Shown: in pieces, positions 36,958 through 54,728 of the stretch
Layout: each line of letters opens with the position of its first letter
Numbering within the stretch: position 1 is the stretch's first letter
Origin: Cirrosporium novae-zelandiae
Lineage: Eukaryota
Assembly: GCA_026023565.1 (NCBI GenBank)
Contig: JAPETS010000008.1
Span: forward strand, 434,001-498,000
Reading direction: 5' to 3'
Length of the DNA: 64,000 nt
Notes under the pieces: generated by a model
What the model saw: only the letters and a program-made list of their open reading frames with translations
Databases searched by the model: none
What the model was told of the DNA's origin: nothing
Position numbers and translations under genes: made by a program

Positions 36958-38171
36958 CTAGCCACACGCACACCCACCCTCCCCCAAAACCCTCTCCACC
37001 AACCCCGCAACCCTACCGACCTCCCCCCCCTCCCTCCTCGCAGCCCCAACCCCCCTCCTCACATCCCCCAAATACCTCTCTCGAAAAACCTTCCTCCGGT
37101 CCTCAACATCCCCATACATTCGATTTTCCCAATCTAGCGGCGGGCCAAAGAGATTGAGATGTGCGTATGCGTTCTTGCGGGTTGGAAGGATGTGGTGGGA
37201 TGTTTGATATAGTGGAAAGGGGAAGGGTGTTGTGGTTTTGGTTGAGGGATTGGGTGATGGGTGTGGGTCGCAGAGTCCGACTTCGAGGAGTTCAGAGAGG
37301 ACTTGGAGGTAGCGAACGAGGGCTTTGCCCTCAGCATTTGTGCGGCCAAACGCGCCGCGAGGGGTTGTCCATTTAGAAGTTGGGTCCTGCGGTAACCAGC
37401 CGAGGAGAGCGAGGAAGCTCTTGAGGGTTTTCGCCCAGCCGCCCTTGCAGGCGACGAGGTCCTGGCCTGCGGCCGCGAGGAGCCAGGAGAGGTAGTCGAT
37501 GGTTGAGAAGCGGATCTCGGGTGCCAGGTGAGTGAGTCCAATGCGGATGTAAGGGAGGAGTTTTTCGGTGGTGGTGGAGGTGGTGTCATCGGTGAGTTCC
37601 GATGGGGGCAGGGCCCGCAGGAGTTTTAGGAGTTGGTTGCGTACGGAGGCGCTGCCGTCGATGGTCAGGGGGGCGAGTTTTGGGAGGAGCACGGTTAGGG
37701 GTTGCGGGAGGGGTGTTAAGGGTGGGAGGGTGGTTATGGTCGTGGTGAGGTAAGCTAGTGAGTCTCGTCGTTGGGTGTCGGAGCGGTGGGTCAGGAGGGA
37801 GAGGTGGTGTTGGAATTGGGTGGAGGCGGATGGGGCGGTGATGTTGAGGGATTGCGCATTCACTACGATTGCTGTGGTGAGGGGGATAGGTTAGTTTGGG
37901 GTGCGAGAGGATTGGGGGATGTTGGCTTGGTTAGTTGTGTGTGGGTGCGGGTGCGGTATTATGAATATAATGAACCGTACCTTTCGATCTGAAGCTTGTA
38001 TCGGTAAAATTATCTGCCTTTGGTCTGGTCTTTCCAACCTTCAACTTCGATTTCTGGAATAGCTGTTAGCTGGTGTATCTACGCATGCTGTAACGGGAAC
38101 CAAAAAAAAAAGTCACGACAAACCTGAAAATCCTTCTTCTTCTCTTTCTTTTTCCTGGCGCTGGATCCCAT
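36958..38171 (-). CDS. IPI1: Pre-rRNA-processing protein Ipi1 (Rix1 complex); two 5' introns
   Basis: MGSSARKKREKKKDFQ|KSKLKVGKTRPKADNFTDTSFRSK|AIVVNAQSL, then RRDSLAYL, DGSASVRNQLLKLL and GLTHLAPEIR. Confidence 0.9.
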
Positions 38172-38667
38172 GTTTCTTGATTAAAATATCATTGAGATAC
38201 CCTTCTCTTATGTGTAGGGAAACGGTCGCAGTAAAGAATGTTTTGTTATATATGTACGTATGCAATTGCAATTGATATCGATAGATAATCGATACTGAGC
38301 TATCTCAAAAAAAATAAAAACCTCGGAGCTTTGCTTGCTTTCCCCCACATTATCGGAGGTTTCGGGTTGCCGATTAGCCGATTTCACTTAGCCGATCTGC
38401 AAACCCTTGTTTGTTCCCTCGTTGGTTCGACCAAAAACGGGAAACTTAATTATTTACATGTTGAGAGCATAACCCACCCACCTTCATTAAACATAATTAA
38501 CTAATAAATAATTGTGCACTGGGATTTTGAAAAAAAAATTACAAACTCAACCCCACGCAAATCCTCAATTCGACATCCCATCTCCTTGCGCTCGAAACTC
38601 ACAATAATCTTATACCTGGTCGCTAAAACCGTCTAACTTACCTCTTGCATAACTTAATCCATCCATC

Positions 38668-39266
38668 ATGACCAAAGAAGCCGGGGTATTGTTCTCCCTC
38701 AGCTCTCCGACGCAGGTTGATAGAACTAACGTCACAAGCAGCTCACAGACACATCCGCCCTTCTCGCCCGCCTATCCTCCAAACCAGGCGTGCAATCCAC
38801 GCTGATTCTGTCCGCCGAAAATGGCTCCGTGATCCGCGTCAGCGGCCTCCTTTCGCAAACGACATCCAACCCGGATGGCTTGAATCCTTCGTTTCCCCAG
38901 AGCGGCGGCAAGCCCGAGTATGAGACGGCGGCGGCATCGACGACGACAACGACAACAACGACGGATGCTCGGTCGCCGCAAGATGAAGGGGAAGGAAACA
39001 AGAAGAAGGAAAAGACGGCCGAGGATGTAGCGAAGATGGTGTGGGGATTTATGGCTTCGGCGGGGGAATTTGTGCAGGAGTTGGATGAGGAGGAGGAGGT
39101 TAAGCTACTGAGGCTGCGGACTAAGAGGAATGAGATTGTTATTGTGCCTGGTATGTCTTTATCTCAAATAAATATCTTGGATTCGCGACTGATGGCTGGC
39201 GCTGTAGACTCTAGGTTCCTGCTTGTGGTTATCCATGACACACCCTCCCATGGGGCAAATACCTAA
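38668..39266 (+). CDS. Roadblock/LC7-domain protein (dynein light chain roadblock-like); two introns
   Basis: LARLSSKPGVQSTLIL and VKLLRLRTKRNEIVIVP|DSRFLLVVIHDTP; second intron at 39151-39207. Confidence 0.85.
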
Positions 39267-39851
39267 CAACCTTGGAGGATAATCCAGAAACAATAATTTC
39301 AATTCTCGATACCTAGTACTTGAGCGGGTTTTTTTGGGGAGGCGTTACGGAGTTTACTATGAAGGGTAATGAAATATATGAAGGGCTAGGTCTTGGTTCA
39401 ACTGGTCTCAAGTTTCCCAAAGGCGTCGAGATGAACGCTGTGACCATCATCCTAATGCATGGAAAGCCTACAATCCACATTTCATCAAGGAATTCTTCTG
39501 GCCTCCCCATACGCAAAACGGTAACCCAGATATTTAGAGGCTATTTATATTTCATGCCTTGATCCAAAAGCTACTGGAGTCCTCCACGTTCCAGATCATG
39601 GCTTCATTACTGGGCGTTCCATCGTGATATTTAAATAAACCGAAACCCCAATGTGCAGAAACTGCTGATAAAGAACGGAGACCCTATGATGACCCCTCAT
39701 AAGGCCAAACATTAACCCCGATGCAAACAAGCCCATACAAAATAAATTAAATGAATACCACAGGGTTGGTGATATTCCCTCCCCCCCCCCCAAAAAGTCA
39801 ATGCTTGTAATTATGTTCAAACGATGCTTCCCTCAATATGTTATGTACCCC

Positions 39852-42738
39852 TTATACCCTAATGATGATGGCAACATCAAGAGCTCTTGCTTCCCTAATG
39901 CTACAGCTAAGGCATGTCTTTCTAGCTCTCGCAATTACCGCATGATATGCAACTTGGGCACACCAAGATCGAGCGAAAGCTTCTGCGGCTTTGCTTCCTC
40001 TAGCATCAATGACCCAAATTTCCTTATTATTTCTGTTCTTCACTGGAGGAACTGCTCCGTATAACTCCGAAAGACTCTTGTAGGTATATGAATATGACTT
40101 ATGCAAGAGATGCGCCGGTAAATGCTCCCTTTCCGGGTGAATAGGGTCCATGTGCGGACCACGACACGAATCGATAGAAGTGGCATGCGCCGCATGACCA
40201 GGAGGTGGTCTACATGGAAACGCAGCGATAAAATATATATCATATAGAAGATCAAACGTAATGGTCTTAGGCGAGTTGTTCGATGTTATGGTAAAGGTTG
40301 TCGAAGCCTTGTAAACAGTAGGATTAACATCATTAGCGCCTGGCGAGGCTGGGTGCGATGTGTTTTCCTTAGTAAGAGTAAGACTATCGAAAGAAATTGC
40401 GACGGATGGTATAGGCCTGGGATCAACTGGTAAAGTGAAGTTGTCGGGTAATATAAACCCTGCACTGATCCCGGTGATACTTGACTCTGAAGAAATTGAG
40501 AAGATATCCTTCAGCCGTGGCCTGTCTCTCTTGGGTGGACTTTGAACATCGATCTCGGCCCAAGTTTCGGGTATTGTAACTGCGCTTGGATCTTGTGGTA
40601 CGACAGGGGAGCTGATCCATCCAAGGCATTCCTTTGACTCAGGCAGGCAAGCAATTACCCTTCCAGCCACACATGCTTTACTCCACCAGCTACGACCATC
40701 GTATATAAACCCTCCATATAAACTTGCACAATCTCCAAGTCGTAGAAGTGCATCAGCGTCATTCTCCAGGAGCGTAGAAATAAGAAAGTGACTAGTAGCC
40801 TCTCCCGGGAGAACTAGTCCTACTAACCAAGATCGTGAGAGCCACCCTCCGGCTTCATTACCAGAAAAAGTTGACTTCAATTTTTGAGAGTATGATGGTC
40901 GACTTACATTTCCTGGTCGAACCTGGGCATAAGAGGAGAAGTCAAAGTACCCGCTACGTGTAGACTGGGGAGTTTGTAATGGGGTTGCATATATGCTATC
41001 AGCGGGAGACGGTGGAACCGACGAGGGGCCGAGTTTCTCATGCATCTGTGCCGAAAGTTGATCATGATTTGGCCAGGACAAAAATCGAGCGAAATGTAAA
41101 AGGCCTTCTAGCTGAAGTTTGGGATGACGAGGAAGAATGATGCAGTCAGCATCTCCCTCTAACGTTTGGTCATGATTTAGATCAGGACGTTTTAGGGCCG
41201 AAAGTAATCGGTTGTTTGGGGGTGGTGTAGGCTTAATGCCGACTTGCGAGGATGCTGATGAGGAATCCCGTTTATATAGTTCAACCTGCACTTCATCAAA
41301 AAAAACTCGCGCTAAGATTAAATCCCAGTCCACTTTTCTACTTCTTAACCTGTTGAATATTTCAATCTCTTCAGCAGAAACATCAAGTTCTGGAGCACCT
41401 TCCACAAACGCTATTTTGATGATAGCATCAAGTCTAACCAGTAGCTCCATCGACAGGAGTATTTGCAAGAGTAACCACTTTCGTTCAACTCGAGGTTGCA
41501 CCGCCAATTTTTTATGGGTATCATTATGAAGAGAGGCGGTAGAATCCTCCCAAAGGAGCTGCCCAAGGCGAATGCGCCATTCAACGTGACTAAAATTGAT
41601 CCATGAACCCTTCGCACTCAGGGTCTTGACCAAACTTTCAATCTGGACTTTTAAGCTATATGGATCTCCTGCTTCTCGAGGTGGAAGCTTCAATGGTGGA
41701 ATGAGAAAGGTGGTAAAAAGTGATCTGTACAGACTTTCGGAGGTTTCCATGTCAAGAATAGTAGATTGCGGGCCTTTTGCCAGAAATTTGTCATGCAGGC
41801 AAGTCAGCTCATGGAGCCTCTGTGCAATCTGGTCTAGCTTGATGTCTCTGATCCCAATTTTTTTCCAGGCTTTTGGTCCCTCGTTGATCAACTTCTGACG
41901 TTCGACAACCGAATCACCAGGGTGCGGTCCTCCGCCGCGACCTGTTTCTGGTGGTTTCAAAGCATCTGCAACTGGTAATTCCATGAAATATCTAAACCCT
42001 ACTGTTCCTGGCTCTGCTCCTTGCATGCTCAACATATTTGGTAGCTCATATACGCCGCTGTCAAATCTTGCTCTTTTCTGGAGATCCTTTTCATCCTGCT
42101 CGCTCTCTTCCTGTTTTTTCAACCGTTTGTGAACTGGCAAGTGGGCGTGTAGAGTGGAGGCCGCAAAGGATTCATGCTGAAGATGAAGTCGGTCGCTCAG
42201 GTCGGAAGTCTCATTGTCAGGGTCATACGGAAACCAGACTTGGGGGAAAAGATGGTTCTCTTCCCCACGTTCAACCAAGAACTGGGGAGCACCAGAGAAA
42301 AGCATCTGAAGGTCATGTTGTGTGAGAGGTTCTGAACCAGGTTGGCTTGGCGGGGTAACTGATGAACGTCTGGCTTTCTTTGAAGTAGATTTCGACTTTG
42401 TATCATTCGGTTTGGATTTCGCTTTGGCCGAAGATGATACAGAGGCTTGTTCTGTTTTCGAAGGATTTGACTTCGCGGCGGGAGTGATTGGAGTGATTGG
42501 AGTGCCTGGAGTGCTGGTAGGATTTGGTTGCTGCCGCAAGATTAGCGACAAACATCAATTCGACTCTGGGGTGCAAGCAAACCGTAGACCGCGAGGTTCG
42601 TTTTATTAATGCATCTTTAGACTTCAACAGCCGTCGCAAGAAATTCAATTTGCTAGTCTTGCCATTCTCCTCACCATTGGCGGTTGTAGTATCGACTCGG
42701 AGAGATTTAGATCGAACAACAGGTGAAGGGGAAGCCAT
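39852..42738 (-). CDS. Conserved fungal hypothetical protein (~950 aa); one 5' intron
   Basis: 899-codon ORF joined to the 42738 ATG exon by a phase-0 GTTTGC..GCTAAT..CAG intron. Motifs LFSGAPQF, GGWLSRSWL, WWSKACVAGRV, ARSWCA, CLSCSIREA. Function not recognised. Confidence 0.85.
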
Positions 42739-45700
42739 GACCTTTCAAAATCATATCATTAACGGAGAAAGCAAGCGATCAAATAAGAGATGTATCTTCC
42801 GCTACAAGATTAAAATCTTGATTATTTCAAAGCAATTGATTGTTGATAGACGGTAGGATCAAACATTATCATGAGAAGCACATGTTGTTACCATGCTGTG
42901 GCCAAAAGTTTCAACGTAAGGATAGAGCTTGACTTTGGAGCCATGAAGCTTCCAATTATTGTGGGGGGGACCCATGGGGCCTTAAAGATCATAGGTTCAT
43001 ATTATTTCGTAATACTCGTAAGACTTGTTCGAAATCTCAAGGAGGAGATTGGAGCGAAATACATTGTAACTTTTTACTGCGATGAAAGATAAACACACCG
43101 CAATTGTATTGGTTCCTGAGGCCACATGCTGAGCGCTGCTTTGTTAGCTGCTCGTACAGCATAAGTAACCCCCGGTATTGGGGGTCAGGGTCAGGTGTCA
43201 GGTGGTGGCCAAAAGAACAGGAAAAACCTGATGTGGTTCGATTGATATCAATTGGTCTTGGCTATGGCTGTGCTTCTTCACCTTTCCTTCACCTTTCAAG
43301 CCACAGTTTCAGCCACAGCCCTGTTATTATCCGTTCTTTCCCTCTCGTCATGACCAAGCTCCTCCTTTGACATGAACTACAAAGGAAATGGTTGAAATCG
43401 TCCCGACGCTTTGGAATCCTTCCGAAGCTTTGTTTTAGGTATTAAACGGGCATTTCTCAATCTCTTAACATTGTCTATTATGGTGGAGTAAGTGGGCATG
43501 CCCACTTACCTCTGTATAAACCCCCCCCTAATAAAAGCAATTTGGTTTAGTTTCTTTTTCGGAGGGATATAAGGGTCAGCGAGAGTCTAAGGATTGAAGA
43601 GAGATCGAGCGATCTATCTTTCGAGTTATCCATCTACCCATCTATGAATCAATCAAAAAGACTTTTGATTTACTTATCCAAATATATATCTAATTAGGGA
43701 ACCATTTATTTAATCAATCAGTTAGTTGTTCATATTTCTATTCTATAAATTAGGGTCTACTGCCTACAATTACACCCCGTCCATTTGCAATTATCGACAC
43801 AGTGCCCGAATCAGTACACGACTACTATGGCTATAGACATTACCTTAGGGTTTGGTTTGTTTGCTGTTCCTATGACTTGAAAGTACGTACAGTCCATGAG
43901 CATACAGATACACTCCACCACACTATGATGATAGAAGAAGAAGAAGCATAGCTTTCACATGAATGGTTCATCCATCAGTTATCTCGCCTGAAAGTGAACA
44001 TTTTCATTATTAGGTTTATGAATTTCATATTTTTGGAGAAAGCGGAGAAACATTTTCAGCATGTGAAAAAAAATAATGACAAGAAATTTGCTTGTTATTT
44101 ATAGGCCTGCATTATCACAATCTTGGTTTCATCATGGACACAAGAAACGGCCAATAGAGCTGATCGGTTTTATCTAATATGCCTGTTTCTTTGCATGATG
44201 CATTTGATACGAGCCCTCCTTTCTCCTGCAGATTCTAAATACCTAGCAGTGAGACATTTTGCATTCTTTTACCTTTCTTCCTTCTTGTATCATGGATATT
44301 TTAATCCTACATTAACCCTCGGAACTGTGAGCAGTATGGAGGTCTTGTTAACAAATTCAATGCTCTGTGGCTTCATGTTTAATCTATATGTGCCCATTGA
44401 GAACTCGTGCAAGGTCATCTCCGTGGCCAAGTCTTTCGGGTTAAAGCTTTAACAACTAACATAGTCGAGGAAGTTTATAGAATCCGAGTCAACCTTAGGC
44501 AAACTCTCCCTAATCATTCCGATTAAGGGGTACTTTTCTTGCAATTATGCGAATGGGATCCTAGACTGAGCCCTGTAAATATAGTAAGTAAGATTTTGAT
44601 AACCACCAGCTAATTACACTCATGGGTCTTCAGCAAAAGATGGTGTTTGATCAAACCTGCTTTATATACAGCATAGCATGACCAGGAAGAATCTTCGCAA
44701 ATGATATTTACTGTTCCAATGGTAGAGATGATCTATTTGATTTAAGGTGGCCGTGAACTGCGCCATTGCTTGTGACATTGAGCAAATATAAGAAGAGCAG
44801 AAGTGCACGTCAATTATGGATTATGAGACAAGTCGTGTTGGGCTTCATCGAATTTAACTATGTCTTACTGCCCCCAAAACCTCATTTCTGTACATTTCTG
44901 CTATTCGTTCAGGTCCATAATCTAGAACCATCAAAGCTCAGGTACGTAAACGTGGAGACGTGTAGCCCTGAACCTAGTCTATGGTAATAGGAGTATTAGT
45001 AAAAGGTAATACCAATTAGTGAAGCGCCACATTCTCTCTTCTTGGATATCTTCTTCCAAATGAGCCACAATCTGGTCCGGTTGTGGTTTGGTATAAGGGC
45101 ATGAATGGAGCCGGACATTGAAAAGGGACAAGGGCTTTATAGAAACTAAGGGCTAAGGCTATAGCGGTTCATCTCAATTGGAATAGAAAAAATAGACGTC
45201 TGTCAACTTAATCGAAACCTAATCTACGATGAAGTACCCATGCAATTTCCATATCATTACTTGAAGTATCACAAAAGTCGAGATGCAGCCAGGCGTAGCG
45301 AGATGCAAGCCCTATGCCAAGAATCAATAGCTTTGAAATACACCAATAGGCGATTAAGGATAGAAAGTTACCCCGGAGTTTAGAGTACCCGAGACGTTCC
45401 CGATATTCCCCCCATGGGTGAGACGAACAAACGAACAAGGGGGTTGTCATCCACGGTCCTCTATGGGGTCCTTCCACCATTACCTAGCAACCCCAAAGGG
45501 CCCGTCCTCTCTTCTGTCCAGACTCTACTCTAAAAAAAATACAATAGGTGCTAACAACAAATTCAACATCACTTTGTACCAACTCTAGTTGAAAAAAATT
45601 GCCTTGCTATTCGATATTTCAGTCTAAGCCACACTTCAACACAAGCCACAACCCAAGGAAAAGAAGTAAAATTGAAACTTGATGCTATAGAACTATGGAT

Positions 45701-46819
45701 ACGTATAGCTTTGTATGATGTACGTTTGGTACCTTTTTCTTCCTCGCATCTTCCCTTTTCTGTCGTGTTACTTTGGCAAAATCCAATAAATGCATTACAA
45801 TTACATCTTAAATCGTAGTCATCATTTCTGCAAACGGCTGAGAATAATTACACGTTGACTTGAAAGAGTTCCCCGAATCTCCAATGTATGTAAAGATTGT
45901 CTGCAGCTACGAACATGCTAACTTACGTTTAATTATGAAGAAGCGGATGGGCAAATGCACATGCCAGAAGTACCTGAAGGATCCTGAAACATGAAGTTCA
46001 TTGGTTCTAGCAAGGCACACATATATAGTCGGTCAGCAATCTATGTCATGACCTACAAGACCACGTACATATGAACTATGATTGCAATGTAAAAAACCCG
46101 GCCTTTTGGATTGCATAGAACTCACACATCCCCTTTTATCTATGAGGACTTAATGATAAAATGATATTTACATAATTCCATTTCGAGACTTAGATGCATG
46201 TACCTCTACATTATTAAACCGTGGCTACCTGAAACTTACTTGGATTTGGACACTGTTCTTCAAACTTGCTTTTAGGTCTAATACTGCTAACACTGCCGTT
46301 TCCCGAACCCCCAATTGGTTCCACTCTTGACAGCATGCACTCCACTGAACTCCACTGCACCCCACAGCTGAACCCATCCCACCAACCCGCGAAGAACTTA
46401 CCTCCAGCCTTGTGATAGTTTTAAAATCTAGTGATACGGGGATATTACTTAGTATAAGCACAGTATTAAACTTCACGGACCAAGGGACTTCTATTATGCA
46501 TTAAGCCCTTTAGACATATCGAAGCCCTACTGCATCCCCATATCTAGACTATTTTATAACGTCCTCTGTCGTAATCTCATCTACCTTTTACCTGCCCTAC
46601 AAGATATCCACCCTTCCTCCCACTTTCCTTTATCTTTCACTTTGTAACTACTCACCTCACTTCTCTCGTTCATTCCTCTCTTACCATAGGGTCACTGTTC
46701 TTTCACATCACAAATCTAATCACTCTCAACATACCTCTGAATCCCCTTTGGATCTTAAACAATTACTTTCTTCGTCTAATACACTAGTCTCTCTCTTGAT
46801 TTTGTTATTCCTTTTCACC

Positions 46820-48320
46820 ATGGTTTACTCTCTCACCTATCGGCGCCCACCTTTTGTGCGTCCACTATCTGCTGGAAGTGAAAGACCAGAATCTGTCATT
46901 TCATCTGCCAGATCTACTGACAGCGCAACTCATGGAATTCCTGATGCCCTTTCCTTCGACAGGATTATTAGTGGCGGCACCTGCCCAGTGAGTTCCCATC
47001 TGAGACCATAATTCTCACTACCAGCTTGAATATAATTCTGAGATTTAAGCGAGCTCTAACATATCTCTAGCCGGTTACAACAAAAGATTTCATGAACTAT
47101 CTCATTTACATTGAACGAAGTGCAGAGAATCTGCAATTCTTTCTCTGGTATCGAGAATATGTCCAGCGATTCGAAATGCTACCTGCATCCGAACACAATC
47201 TTGCCCCAGAGTGGACTAAGGAACAAGCTGATAGTGATGCTACGGCTCCTCCAATGAACTCGGGAATTAACCTCGCGATTTTGAAAGGTACAGATTTTGC
47301 TCCAGGCTCCAAACCCAACACCATAGACCTTGGTAATAGCCCATTCCAAACACCACCAAGATCTCCAAATCCAGATCAAGAAAATACACCTTCAAGCTAC
47401 GCCTTCAGCAACGATGGCATAACACTAAAGAGCTCCGACAAGTCTATTCAGGAGAAGACTGCAAGTGCATTTGATCATTCGGGGATCAAATGGCAACCCT
47501 GTAAGAAACTACCTTTCCATTGTATACTCAATGAAGCTTATACGCTCGATAGTCACAATCCAGCCATTCCGAGAAGAGATTTCAAGAATCATTGCAACAT
47601 ATATCGCTGATGGGAGTCAACGTCAACTTAACCTTTCTTCAAAAGAGCGCTCTGCTCTTCTGCACGCTCTTGGGAATACCACTCACCCATCGGCTTTTCA
47701 AAATGTGATTCAGACCGCCGAATGGTCGCTCCGTCGTCAAGCTCATCCCAATTTTATCAGATGGACTATTGGTAATGGGAACCGCCCTCGTGTTACTTTC
47801 GCTCGTAGTCTCGGAGTTGGTGGTATCGTAGCGGGTATCGCAACCGGCATCCTCTTGTGCTTAAGCTCCGCTGGTCGCGGCTGGAGAGTAATCTCCATGA
47901 TTGGGCTCATGATAGGCATTTCTACTCTAATTGCTGCGTGGAAGGGCATGTGTGTGGTGAGTTTTGTATGATTATTTCCAGTTGTAACTTTCAACTCATT
48001 ATTTTCAGGTTCTTCACGGGATGCATCACCGCCATCTTCGTCCATGGGAGTTGTTTGCCGATGAAGACGAAATATGCAAAGAAAGGGACTCTCTCGATAC
48101 AATCGGATCCTCCAATAGCTACGAAGATGAACCATGGGTTGCAAAGTATGAAAAGCGCAATGTTATTCGCAAGATCTTTGACCGAGAGGTTTGGATCCAA
48201 GAACCTGCACTACGTCAGATTCAAGATACCATTTTCGTGCAGGCTCTCCTAGGGTCCTTCGTCATCTCGGCGATCATTACTGGGATATTCTGCGCCGTCC
48301 CAAAGGGGAATTTCTACTAA
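46820..48320 (+). CDS. RGS-domain protein with C-terminal transmembrane helices; 4 exons
   Basis: DFMNYLIYIERSAENLQFFLWY and QPFREEISRIIATYIADGSQRQLNLS (split RGS box), followed by three hydrophobic segments. Confidence 0.85.
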
Positions 48321-48678
48321 ATTTTCTTGTTCGAATTCAAGGTGGAACGGCGGCGCTAAGGGTAAAAATTACTGTCTTGTAGCGCACAGGCTCAATTCAA
48401 AAGGGAAAGTGGTTTACCGGAGTACAGGTTTTGGAGACAAATGTGGTGTTTCAAGATCATATGCCCGATACTTGATAATAACGATCCTGAGCTGTCAGGA
48501 AACAGGAAATGGCTATTAATGTTAGGGAGAGCGTATCAGGATGTGACGCTAACTTTCTATTTCACGAAGGATTTTCTCGTGCCAACTTCGAGGAGGCTAT
48601 CCTCTAATTTCCAATTTTACTATGATAAGCCTTTACATTATATTTTATAATCCAACATCTTCATAAAGAGGTCCATAG

Positions 48679-52511
<3,833 letters not shown>

Positions 52512-52985
52512 CCCCTACTACATGATGATTAACTAGCTAATTGGCTATCTAGATCTGTTGCATGGAGTCTGGTGTATGTAATTATGCAGTTAGCTGAGCT
52601 GGCCTTTTTGGTTAGGAGGGTAAAGGTGGGGGGGTTACAGTACTTTTGATGGGTGAAATGGGCGTTGTTTGTTAAAACGTTCGGTTAATGATATCCCAAA
52701 TTCTATGATTGTATATGATTTTCTTTTCTTGGGGAGTTGGCTTGTACAGTACATGGGTTAAGAAGTGATGCAGGGTACAAATAGGGCAAATAGGCAATGA
52801 AGTTGATTTCTTGATTTTGTCTTTTAGATGTGGATGTACCTCGCAGTCTAATTGAAGCTCTTTTTTGGGGGGAGTAGGGGGGTTTACATCGACTTATATT
52901 TTGATACGAACTCGATCGCATCATCATGATTAGAATAATCCCAATGGGATATATATAATCGCCGTCTATCTATCGACTACTTCAT

Positions 52986-54728
52986 CTAATGTCCACCATT
53001 CCCAGGTCTCCTCAACCCCTCAATTCTCTCCCCAAACCCCTCCGCCCCACCTTCCCTCCTCACAATCTCCCTCACCCCCTCCACCCCCATCATCATCGTC
53101 GTCATTGTCACCCCATCATCCCTCCCGCCCCCCTCCCCCTCCCCAGCCCCACCACCACCAACCCACCCCACAATTCCCATATTCCTCGTACTCGGGATCC
53201 TTAGCCACTCCGTCCTAACCTCGAACCCGCATTCCCTGGCCAGCCGAATCACATAGCTGCATAGAGATGCATATGTGGATTCTTGTTTTTGGATGCGGTG
53301 GGCTTTTAGGGTGGTGAGGGAGCCGGAGGTGGAGTTGGGGTTGGGGTTTGTGGGTGGGGTTGTTGGTGGTTGGGATGGTTTGGAGGAAAAGCGGAAACGG
53401 GATCCGTTGAGGGCGTGAGAGCAGCAGGGGATTGCGAGGAAGGGGGATTGGGAGAGGGAGGCTAGGAGGGGCGTCCAGGGCGTTAGTTCATCGGCGTGGT
53501 TGGAGATTAGGAATGTGTGGGGGGGGAAGACGCCGGTATGGATTTTGGGGTTGGTTTCGGTCGGGGGGTATTGTTGTTCTTCTTCTTGATCTTGTTGGGT
53601 CGGAGATAACAATTGCTGTGGTATCAGCATCATTTCTTCAAGGTGGCTTTGGATTTCCGGTTCAAACGTCGCCCACGTTTTCCGTCTCCGCGCATCGAAT
53701 CCCCACCCCCTATATCCCTCGCGGAGGAGTACACACACAAGGATTCCATTTCCGCACCCGATATCCACGAAGCCGTGGGGCATTTTCGAGGCCTTCTCGC
53801 ATGCTGGTACGCACGGGTCTAGGTTGTAGAGGTCGCGCCATAGCTCAACGAGGAAGGCGACAATTAGTAGGTCTTCGAAGACGTGTTTAGAGGGGTCGGT
53901 GCTTTCGACCCAGCTGCTAGAGAGGCGTTTTGCGTGCGTGAGTTTGAGCCGTGTGTATGTGTCTTGGAGCCGTTTTTGGGGGATGATGGTGTCGTGGATT
54001 ACTCGTTTTTGGTAACCTGATTGTTGGTTGTGGCTGTGTTTTGCTATGGTGGTGAGGAGGTTTGAGGCCGTTTTGACCAAACGTGGAGTGAGTTCTTGGG
54101 GGGAAGGCGGAGGGAAGAGGAGGTAGTAGAGGGTGAGGGTGTTTGGGGTCGTTTGTTGTTGATTTTGTTGTACTTGTTGTGGTTGATTAGGAGATGGGGG
54201 GAAGTAGCTGTAGTGGAATAGGAGCTGTTGGACAACAGGATGGTACCAGGGGATTGAGGACGGAGTGTTTGCGTGGGGGATGTAGATGACAGCAGAGTGG
54301 TGGGGAGAGTCTTCAGAGGTAGCAGTAGCAGTAGGACTCTCCTGTTGAAAGCTGCTATAGAAATGACAGGTCTGAATCAAGGAAGAATCCAGATTGGGAT
54401 TGCGAGGGATGAATCGGCGAACAATGGTGAAATCCAAACGGAGATGATCGCATTCCGGGGCCGGAGCTGGTCGAGTATCTTCAAGACTTTCCTTTTCTGT
54501 TTCTTTATTGATTTGTTTTGAGGTTTGGGGATTCCGGCTGTCGTAGAGGATGTCAGCGCGGAATAGGTGGCTTGAATTAATATTTGGGCGTTCAACCAGG
54601 TTCAGCATTACTTGCATGAAGATCGAGGGCGGAAAGGTGCATTCAGTCCTAGAGCAAGCTAGCTCCCATCTTCCTGCTTGGGAGAGGAGATTCACTGCCC
54701 CGAGAAATTTGGGAGATTCTCCCTCCAT
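52986..54728 (-). CDS. TRM44: tRNA(Ser) Um44 2'-O-methyltransferase
   Basis: WVESTDPSKHVFEDL, FVDIGCGNG (SAM motif I), GWGFDARRRKTW, ISNHADELTPW, IPCC, LRIPSTRN; first ATG at 54728. Confidence 0.92.
   Translation of the reverse strand: MEGESPKFLGAVNLLSQAGRWELACSRTECTFPPSIFMQVMLNLVERPNINSSHLFRADILYDSRNPQTSKQINKETEKESLEDTRPAPAPECDHLRLDFTIVRRFIPRNPNLDSSLIQTCHFYSSFQQESPTATATSEDSPHHSAVIYIPHANTPSSIPWYHPVVQQLLFHYSYFPPSPNQPQQVQQNQQQTTPNTLTLYYLLFPPPSPQELTPRLVKTASNLLTTIAKHSHNQQSGYQKRVIHDTIIPQKRLQDTYTRLKLTHAKRLSSSWVESTDPSKHVFEDLLIVAFLVELWRDLYNLDPCVPACEKASKMPHGFVDIGCGNGILVCVLLREGYRGWGFDARRRKTWATFEPEIQSHLEEMMLIPQQLLSPTQQDQEEEQQYPPTETNPKIHTGVFPPHTFLISNHADELTPWTPLLASLSQSPFLAIPCCSHALNGSRFRFSSKPSQPPTTPPTNPNPNSTSGSLTTLKAHRIQKQESTYASLCSYVIRLARECGFEVRTEWLRIPSTRNMGIVGWVGGGGAGEGEGGGRDDGVTMTTMMMGVEGVREIVRREGGAEGFGERIEGLRRPGNGGH

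Noticed and set aside
43100..46700. Short ORFs between the hypothetical gene and the RGS gene
   Set aside because: AT-rich divergent intergenic DNA; ORFs are 110 aa or shorter with no motifs.
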